DNA from: a virus
Virus record (IMG/VR): IMGVR_UViG_3300045988_070369
Length of the DNA: 16,051 nucleotides
Reading direction: 5' to 3' (one strand)
Shown: positions 1-4,452 of the stretch, one piece after another
Layout of the letters: every line of letters begins with the position of its first letter
How positions within the stretch are numbered: the stretch's first letter is position 1
Made by a program: the position numbers and the translations under genes
The notes under the pieces: model-generated
The model's database searches: none
Told to the model about the DNA's origin: nothing
The model's input: only the letters and a program-made list of their open reading frames with translations

Positions 1-55
1 CGCCGTTGCCTCTCGTAGACGGCCGTCCGGCATCGCAACGTAATGCTCCGTGGTC
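1..55. repeat. Left copy of an exact 55-nt terminal direct repeat (identical to 15997-16051)
   Basis: Direct comparison: cgccgttgcctctcgtagacggccgtccggcatcgcaacgtaatgctccgtggtc occurs at both window ends. It contains the 10-bp palindrome GACGGCCGTC (18-27). Confidence 0.97.
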
Positions 56-216
56 ACGTCTTTGGGACCTGATGGCATGAGCAGTGCCGCGAGATGCGCC
101 ATCTTGTATCGACGGCTTTTGATTGTCTGTGCTGATAGGCCGGCCGCCTTGAGGGTGTCAGTCCACCCTTCGATGCTTCTGCGCCATGGGACCGGTGCGC
201 TGATCTTGTTTCTCAT
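1..216 (-). CDS. Tyrosine recombinase/integrase N-terminal (SAM-like core-binding) fragment. The ORF runs off the left edge and no catalytic domain is present in the window.
   Basis: Minus-strand ATG at 216, 72 codons open to position 1: MRNKISAPVPWRRSIEGWTDTLKAAGLSAQTIKSRRYKMAHLAALLMPSGPKDVTTEHYVAMPDGRLREATA. The pattern W..L.AAG.S..TI..RRY....LA....P.DVTTE resembles N-termini of actinobacterial phage tyrosine integrases. It is absent from the supplied ORF track, presumably because it has no in-window stop. If the circle is closed it ends after 77 codons at TAG (15981-15979). Confidence 0.55.
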   Translation of the reverse strand, partial: MRNKISAPVPWRRSIEGWTDTLKAAGLSAQTIKSRRYKMAHLAALLMPSGPKDVTTEHYVAMPDGRLREATA

Positions 217-220
217 GATC

Positions 221-244
221 CATCATGCACCCCATCATGCACCC
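221..244. repeat. 12-bp tandem duplication CATCATGCACCC x2, just upstream of the integrase-like ORF start
   Basis: Read directly: catcatgcaccc catcatgcaccc at 221-232 and 233-244. It lies between the minus-strand ATG at 216 and the repressor-gene terminator. Confidence 0.9.
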
Positions 245-260
245 CTGGCTTTAAGCGGTT

Positions 261-282
261 AAAATGAGCTCGGATAAGCTCA
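261..282 (-). terminator. Candidate intrinsic terminator after the repressor gene
   Basis: The minus strand reads TGAGCT-TATCCG-AGCTCA followed by TTTT (6-bp stem, 6-nt loop). The repressor stop codon (282-280) lies in the first stem arm. The stem is short and the T-run is only 4 nt. Confidence 0.4.
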
Positions 283-606
283 GAAGCCCCATGGATTTGG
301 ACCTTGGACCTCTGGTGTCCCCAGAGGTCTATGGTTCAAATCTTCAAATCCATGCCCCGCTACCAATGCCTCGGGCTTCACATGAAAGAAGTCCGAGGCT
401 TTTTCTATATCTTCAAGGCTCCATGCCACTCGCCTAGTCATCTTCTGTGAAATCGAAGACCTATCGACACCAAGAGCGTTCGCCAGATCCTTTTGTTTGA
501 CATTGCGAAGAGTCATGGCCACTTTCATATTTCGCGTGACTATATCCTGCAAACTGACAGATTCGGCCTGAGCTGCGACCTTAGGGCTGATTGTTGCTGT
601 TGTCAT
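280..606 (-). CDS. XRE-family HTH transcriptional repressor (CI-like), 108 aa, no S24 peptidase domain
   Basis: HTH segment VKQKDLANALGVDRSSISQKMTRR. Divergent from a second XRE HTH gene across a 71-bp operator region. Lower-GC immunity module adjacent to the integrase-like ORF and in the same orientation. Confidence 0.85.
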   Translation of the reverse strand: MTTATISPKVAAQAESVSLQDIVTRNMKVAMTLRNVKQKDLANALGVDRSSISQKMTRRVAWSLEDIEKASDFFHVKPEALVAGHGFEDLNHRPLGTPEVQGPNPWGF

Positions 607-677
607 AGCACATAAGTTTAGCGAAAACTAACAAAAAAGATAGAACACGACACGCCGAACGAGCGGTCTAACTATAT
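607..677. promoter_or_regulatory. Divergent promoter/operator region of the CI-like/Cro-like switch
   Basis: - Four CTAAC/GTTAG-type half-sites: GTTTAG 616-621, CTAAC 628-632, and the perfect inverted repeat TCTAAC (667-672)-N10-GTTAGA (683-688).
- The spacer of that inverted repeat contains the -10-like TATATT (673-678).
- A minus-strand -10-like TAAACT (620-615) sits 8 nt from the repressor ATG with no SD, so a leaderless transcript is possible. Confidence 0.6.
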
Positions 678-932
678 TTGTGGTTAGATAGGAGTGTGAA
701 AAATATTTTCGTAGATTCGCCTACTGTAGGCGAAAAGGTCAAACGCCTTATGGGACTCAATGGCCTGACACAGGCAGAAGTCGCTGAAATATTGCACTGC
801 TCACAGTCCACGGTCTCGCAGAAATGCACTGGCCGAATCGCTTTCAGTGCGAATGAGATAAACGAGCTTGCCGAACTCTTGCATGTCAGCGCCGATGTGC
901 TCCTTGGGCGAGCTCCGTTGGAGGTGAAGTGA
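678..932 (+). CDS. XRE-family HTH protein (Cro-like)
   Basis: VGEKVKRLMGLNGLTQAEVAEILHCSQSTVSQKCTGR is a classic XRE helix1-HTH. The start is uncertain: TTG 678 or GTG 696, both before the first helix, and neither has a well-spaced SD. Confidence 0.8.
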   Translation: MWLDRSVKNIFVDSPTVGEKVKRLMGLNGLTQAEVAEILHCSQSTVSQKCTGRIAFSANEINELAELLHVSADVLLGRAPLEVK

Positions 933-1462
933 TGCTGATTCATGACGCTTCGGGTGCTGTTGCCGTCGTATCGGCTGAATCGGTGAGGATTGTCGGCGAG
1001 GGTTGCATCGTCCTTAACGCCCGCGCCGTGTACATCCATAATCAGGCGTTGACGCCAGAGCAGGCCGCGATTGTCAAGCGTGGTGTCATGGCCACGCTCG
1101 ACGATCCAGCGGCGTTAGAAGATCTGCATGGGAAGCACGACGTCGCCAGCGTCGATCTGCCACCACGGGACTGCCTTGGGGTTGATGGTGATGGCATGGA
1201 TGCTCATGTCGGGAAACCTGACGGTCTGGATGAAGCTGTCACCGGACTTCATACGTTCGGAGAGTTCACTGACCGTGGAGGCCGTCGCGCCGGTGATGGT
1301 AAGCGGCGTGGTCGTTCCCAAGTAAAGGGCGAAATCGAACGTGTTTTCGTCACTCATTGTTCTTCCTTCCTTCGTTGTTTGAAAGGTTTGGTTTGTGCGA
1401 TTACAAGCCTATCGCTGCGGAGGAAGGAGCCTAAATCCATGAATCAAGGAGCAGTGAAATGA
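929..1462 (+). CDS. ORF of uncertain coding status, coupled to cro (TGATG overlap, ATG 932). Its 3' two-thirds is antisense to the 1115-1357 gene.
   Basis: The first ~60 codons look protein-like (MLIHDASGAVAVVSAESVRIVGEGCIVLNARAVYIHNQALTPEQAAIVKRGVMATLDDPAA). From ~1115 onward the product is Gly/Arg-rich, and third-position GC favours the opposite strand. Confidence 0.25.
   Translation: MMLIHDASGAVAVVSAESVRIVGEGCIVLNARAVYIHNQALTPEQAAIVKRGVMATLDDPAALEDLHGKHDVASVDLPPRDCLGVDGDGMDAHVGKPDGLDEAVTGLHTFGEFTDRGGRRAGDGKRRGRSQVKGEIERVFVTHCSSFLRCLKGLVCAITSLSLRRKEPKSMNQGAVK
1115..1357 (-). CDS. Hypothetical protein, 80 aa, transcribed in the same direction as the repressor
   Basis: Strong SD on the minus strand: CGAAGGAAGGAAGAACA then ATG at 1357. 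A hand count over 24 codons (1130-1201) gives 20/24 G/C at minus-frame third positions versus 15/24 for the overlapping plus frame. I recognise no family. Confidence 0.65.
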   Translation of the reverse strand: MSDENTFDFALYLGTTTPLTITGATASTVSELSERMKSGDSFIQTVRFPDMSIHAITINPKAVPWWQIDAGDVVLPMQIF

Positions 1463-1842
1463 GCGTTTTCAATCCGGAATGCACCAGCAATTACTTCCAG
1501 GTGCAGGACATCGACCCGTCGGAATGCACCGGCGGCAATCCCTACCGCTTCGCCTGCCGCATCAAGGTGGCCGGAAGCACGTTCGGGTTCGATGGCTTGG
1601 ACATGGGCGACCTGCAGGCGATGAAGGGCGCGATCAACAAGGCGATGACGCACGCGCGTCGAGCTCGCCGTGAATGGGAAGGAGCCCCAGGAATGATCGT
1701 CACAGTCAAGCGAGTGGACGGCAAACGGCATTGCTTCTTCGAGCTGATCGTTGAGACGGCAGAAGTCACCGTGCGCGTCCCGTTAAACGGCGTCGAGCTT
1801 GAGGACTTGGAAAGGCAGATCACGCGATGCTTCGAGCAGTGA
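1459..1842 (+). CDS. Hypothetical protein, 127 aa
   Basis: SD AAGGAG upstream of ATG 1459 and high third-position GC. Duplicated P(E/S)ECT motif near the N-terminus. I recognise no family. Confidence 0.75.
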   Translation: MSVFNPECTSNYFQVQDIDPSECTGGNPYRFACRIKVAGSTFGFDGLDMGDLQAMKGAINKAMTHARRARREWEGAPGMIVTVKRVDGKRHCFFELIVETAEVTVRVPLNGVELEDLERQITRCFEQ

Positions 1843-1955
1843 AGCGTTTCATCAAGATCGTTCTTCTGGTTCTGCTCAGCCCCCTCGTGTTGTTCATGCT
1901 GGGGCTGGTGCTCGCGATCGTCCGTCTGGGTGATTTCCTCACCGACGACGACTGA
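1827..1955 (+). CDS. Small single-pass membrane protein, 42 aa (38 aa if it starts at GTG 1839). Not on the ORF track.
   Basis: Hand translation: MLRAVKRFIKIVLLVLLSPLVLFMLGLVLAIVRLGDFLTDDD, stop TGA at 1953-1955. One hydrophobic helix flanked by basic and acidic ends. Overlaps the end of the 1459-1842 gene. Confidence 0.5.
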   Translation: MLRAVKRFIKIVLLVLLSPLVLFMLGLVLAIVRLGDFLTDDD

Positions 1956-2281
1956 CAAAACTTAACGGCATATGGGGCGTACGGCGTACCCCTGCCACCG
2001 CTGAGCCGGGTTAGCGACCGGTAACGCCAGGCGCGTGGCTATCGCGCTATTTGCGAGACGAAATTTAGCTCCCGACCCTCTCAGGCCGTCGATTAAGGCG
2101 GAATCGGGCGACCATAGACGGCTTCGGCCGTGGCCTGATTGGGGACCATTCCCGGCGGCTTCGGCCGCTCTTGTTATCGACGGCGCGGCTCCGACCGAAA
2201 CGTTCTGCAAGACCTTTGGAATCTGTTGACGGCCCGGCCGGGGAATCTCGGCCGAGCGTTTCCATCAGCAGATTCTAGGTC
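1956..2281. other. ORF-poor, GC-rich structured non-coding region (candidate ncRNA, origin or operator cluster)
   Basis: - No ORF with an SD or elevated third-position GC.
- Hairpin at 1974-1992 and stem GCGCG-N7-CGCGC at 2031-2047.
- Duplicated module GACCAT-N(3/6)-CGGCTTCGGCCG (2110-2130 and 2144-2167), each forming a UUCG-capped hairpin.
- Perfect 10-bp palindromes CCCGGCCGGG (2233-2242) and CTCGGCCGAG (2247-2256). Confidence 0.5.
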
Positions 2282-2329
2282 TTGACCTCTCAAGCGCTCA
2301 CCAACCGAAAGCTACAGGAAGGATTGAAA

Positions 2330-2617
2330 TTGAGCAAGGCAACATTCCCCGACAAACTGAGGACGCAGATGAGGATGACACTCCCGATGATCGACAAGAA
2401 CATCAGGTGCAGGGCGAACACCTCACGACAGTCGTTGATGAAGGCGTCCGGATTGAACGACAACCAGCTCCAGGCCGCTCTGAAAATGGCCTACGGAGAG
2501 AAGGGCGTGCCGGCTCCCGTCTACCGTTCTCCCGCCGCCGGCAAGATGTACGATTCCGAGTCTCTGCTGTTGACGCTGACCAAATGGTGCGGGATGTGGT
2601 CTTATGTCATCGATTAA
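2330..2617 (+). CDS. Small hypothetical protein, possible DNA-binding (weak HTH/Xis-like pattern)
   Basis: The frame is open from 2282. The most likely start is TTG 2330, 6 nt after SD GGAAGGA (2317-2323); ATG 2369 and 2375 are alternatives. High third-position GC. The C-terminal pattern GVPAPVYR....KW is similar to the next gene. Confidence 0.6.
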   Translation: MSKATFPDKLRTQMRMTLPMIDKNIRCRANTSRQSLMKASGLNDNQLQAALKMAYGEKGVPAPVYRSPAAGKMYDSESLLLTLTKWCGMWSYVID

Positions 2618-2930
2618 GCCGCCATTGCACGAGGTGTTGCACTATCCGGAGGAATCGCGCAGGATGCTCATGCAGGGCTTCGCCGACGCTGTGGACCGCA
2701 TCGCGGCGAACAACGGGCGCACCGACATCGAATTGTTCCAGGTCTGCCGGGCGCTCGGCGAGCCGAACGTGCCATCGCTGCTCAGCCTCAAAGATGAGGG
2801 GCTGCCGGTGTACCGTGTCGGCACCTGGCGCATCGACTGCCACAGTTTCCGTAAATGGGCCACCAGCTACACGCCATACCGGCCGCAGACGAAACCACAA
2901 ACCGCATATGAAGGTGAGCCACTGTTTTGA
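2604..2930 (+). CDS. Hypothetical protein, 108 aa, with an Xis/HTH_17-like C-terminal pattern
   Basis: High third-position GC. LKDEGLPVYRVGTWRIDCHSFRKW resembles the wing/second half of excisionase-type winged-helix domains. Overlaps the upstream gene by 14 nt. Confidence 0.65.
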   Translation: MSSIKPPLHEVLHYPEESRRMLMQGFADAVDRIAANNGRTDIELFQVCRALGEPNVPSLLSLKDEGLPVYRVGTWRIDCHSFRKWATSYTPYRPQTKPQTAYEGEPLF

Positions 2931-3127
2931 AACCGCAGATTCGTATCTCGCTCGGAGTCGAGGACCACGACCTGCCGCAGCCCGGTGACGTGGAGATAGG
3001 CCAGAACATCATCTGCCCGGACGGGCCGCGCATGGTCTGGTCGGACATCTCGAAGGCCGACTGGCCGATTGTCGCCGCGAAGCTGGAACAGATCGCGCTG
3101 CTGCTCAGGAGCAAGGCGAGATCGTGA
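2927..3127 (+). CDS. Hypothetical protein, 66 aa
   Basis: High third-position GC. TTG start overlaps the upstream stop, and its own stop overlaps the next start (GTGA). I recognise no family. Confidence 0.55.
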   Translation: MKPQIRISLGVEDHDLPQPGDVEIGQNIICPDGPRMVWSDISKADWPIVAAKLEQIALLLRSKARS

Positions 3128-3318
3128 CGTGCATCAGGATGTTAAGCACTGCTGAGGCGTCCGAACGGTTGGGCGTCAGCCAGCGCACGCTGATCCGGTG
3201 GCGGCAGTCGGTCCCGATCATCGGACCTCCGCCCATCCGTATCGGCAACGCCATCCGGTACGCGGAACAGGACGTGAATTGTTGGATCCTCACGCAAAGG
3301 GAGAAAGGCAAGGCATGA
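3124..3318 (+). CDS. Excisionase/MerR-superfamily (HTH_17-type) DNA-binding protein
   Basis: MLSTAEASERLGVSQRTLIRWRQSVPIIGPPPIRIGNAIRYAEQDVNCW matches the canonical pattern L(S/T)..E.A..LGVS..T(L/V)..W......P..R.G....Y....(V/L)..W. Start is GTG 3124 or ATG 3139. Confidence 0.8.
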   Translation: MTCIRMLSTAEASERLGVSQRTLIRWRQSVPIIGPPPIRIGNAIRYAEQDVNCWILTQREKGKA

Positions 3319-4022
3319 GAAGACAGACGATAGACCCGCGCATCCGCGCGAAGGTCATAGCGACGTATGGAAACCGCTGCTGGTTGAACATGCCCGGCTG
3401 CTCCATCACCGCGACGGAGGACGACCACATCGTACCGTACAGCCACGGAGGCAGGGACACCGTGGCCAACATACGCCGCGCGTGCAAGCATTGCAACGCG
3501 ATGCGCCAGGACCGCGTGCTGTCCGGATACGGCGCGACATTGCACGCTGTCATAGGACCGCCACGGGCCGACTTCGGCATGGCCATGCAGTCCATGCTCC
3601 GCCGTGACAGCATCGTTGTCAGCTTCGACAGTCTGCTGCGCGACCTGTGCCCGACGCAATCCAAAGCGACCGACGGGCTACGCCTCGCCGCCGCGATGGC
3701 ATGGGACGGCGCGGCCCGCACACTGGCCAAGAGCTCCGAGCCGTTGGACGTATGGCTGGTGCGCACGCTGCCACGCTCCCGCCGCCATCCCGACATGCTG
3801 GCCGAATGGCTGGCGTTGGACTACGATGTGCACGTCATCGAGACACCGGCCGATTCCACGTTCGCCCTCGACCTCACGCCGCAGGAGTATCGGACGGCGC
3901 AGCAGTGGTACGCGCTGCATCTCACACAGCAGGCCGTGGACGCCCGGCTCGCCGCCAGACGACAACGCCTCGCCGCTCTCGGACTCCGCCGCGACTCTCC
4001 GGCCGAACGGCCGCGATGGTGA
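3315..4022 (+). CDS. HNH endonuclease (N-terminal ~70 aa) fused to a ~165-aa C-terminal domain resembling a degenerate P-loop kinase
   Basis: - SD GGGAGAAAGG then ATG 3315, with an ATGA overlap on the upstream stop.
- HNH core: CWLNMPGCSITATEDDHIVPYSHGGRDTVANIRRACKHCN.
- C-terminal TLHAVIGPPRADFGMAM aligns by eye to the Walker A context hhhhGxPGSGKS(T) but lacks the GK(S/T).
- The track ORF start at 3198 is upstream off-frame read-in. Confidence 0.85.
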   Translation: MRRQTIDPRIRAKVIATYGNRCWLNMPGCSITATEDDHIVPYSHGGRDTVANIRRACKHCNAMRQDRVLSGYGATLHAVIGPPRADFGMAMQSMLRRDSIVVSFDSLLRDLCPTQSKATDGLRLAAAMAWDGAARTLAKSSEPLDVWLVRTLPRSRRHPDMLAEWLALDYDVHVIETPADSTFALDLTPQEYRTAQQWYALHLTQQAVDARLAARRQRLAALGLRRDSPAERPRW

Positions 4023-4098
4023 CCCGCTTTTTTAAACAGCCGACGCCCAAAAGACCCCGCGCCAAGTCTTTTCTCCCCCCAGAACCACGCAAAAAAGC

Positions 4099-4452
4099 AT
4101 GAAAACGTTGGAAAACCAAGGAAAACACATCATGAACCAAGGAATATTGGAAGGTTTCGAGGAATACACGCATCCCTACGGCATCAGCGGCCTTCAGGAG
4201 CAGGCGACCATGAATCTCATCAAAAGCTTCGTGGACGGCAAGACGTTGACGCCCGAGGCCACCTACATCTGCAAGTCGATGCTCTCGATTGCCAGGAACA
4301 TCGACATCCAGAACAGCAAGGGACGCGAGATCAGCCGCAACATGACATCACTGCTCACATGGTTCCAGGAACTCAAGGCGATGTATCCGGAACAGCCGCA
4401 GCTCGACCCGACGCTGACCGACTTCATCTCCGACGCGAAGGCCGGACTGTGA
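4099..4452 (+). CDS. Putative terminase small subunit
   Basis: Position immediately upstream of terL, with its stop overlapping the terL start (GTGA). Size 106-117 aa. The likely true start is ATG 4132 (SD AAGGA 4118-4122), since ATG 4099 has no SD. This is a call from position, not sequence recognition. Confidence 0.5.
   Translation: MKTLENQGKHIMNQGILEGFEEYTHPYGISGLQEQATMNLIKSFVDGKTLTPEATYICKSMLSIARNIDIQNSKGREISRNMTSLLTWFQELKAMYPEQPQLDPTLTDFISDAKAGL
4101..4126. repeat. Three GAAAAC hexamers (A-tracts) at exact 10-bp phasing
   Basis: gaaaacgttg gaaaaccaag gaaaac, starting at 4101, 4111 and 4121. They sit in the low-GC gap between the HNH and terS genes, upstream of the preferred terS start at 4132. 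Confidence 0.85.

Noticed and set aside
1-55. The 55-nt repeat as a physical terminal redundancy of the virion DNA (T7-like short DTR)
   Set aside because: I cannot exclude it from sequence alone. However, the repeat lies inside an ORF far from the terminase genes, and the HNH-terS-terL arrangement points to a cos site near 4023-4131. A circular-closure overlap or an att-type repeat is more likely.
50-262. 70-aa plus-strand ORF at the left end
   Set aside because: It is antisense to the integrase-like N-terminal ORF, has no SD, and does not look like a real protein.
668-1039. 123-aa minus-strand ORF overlapping cro
   Set aside because: It is antisense to the well-supported Cro-like HTH gene, with no SD and a Ser/Thr/Cys-rich, implausible sequence.
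1956-2281. tRNA, tmRNA or a hammerhead-type ribozyme in the structured gap
   Set aside because: I could fold no cloverleaf. There is no GTTCGAATC-type T-loop and no CUGAUGA...GAAA hammerhead core (only CTGATT and CTGAGC). It remains an unclassified structured region.
2586-2612. GGTGCG-N10-TTATGTCAT, a second dif-like pattern
   Set aside because: The spacing is one base shorter than in E. coli dif, the central and inner-arm bases do not match, and it lies inside overlapping coding sequence. It is probably coincidence.
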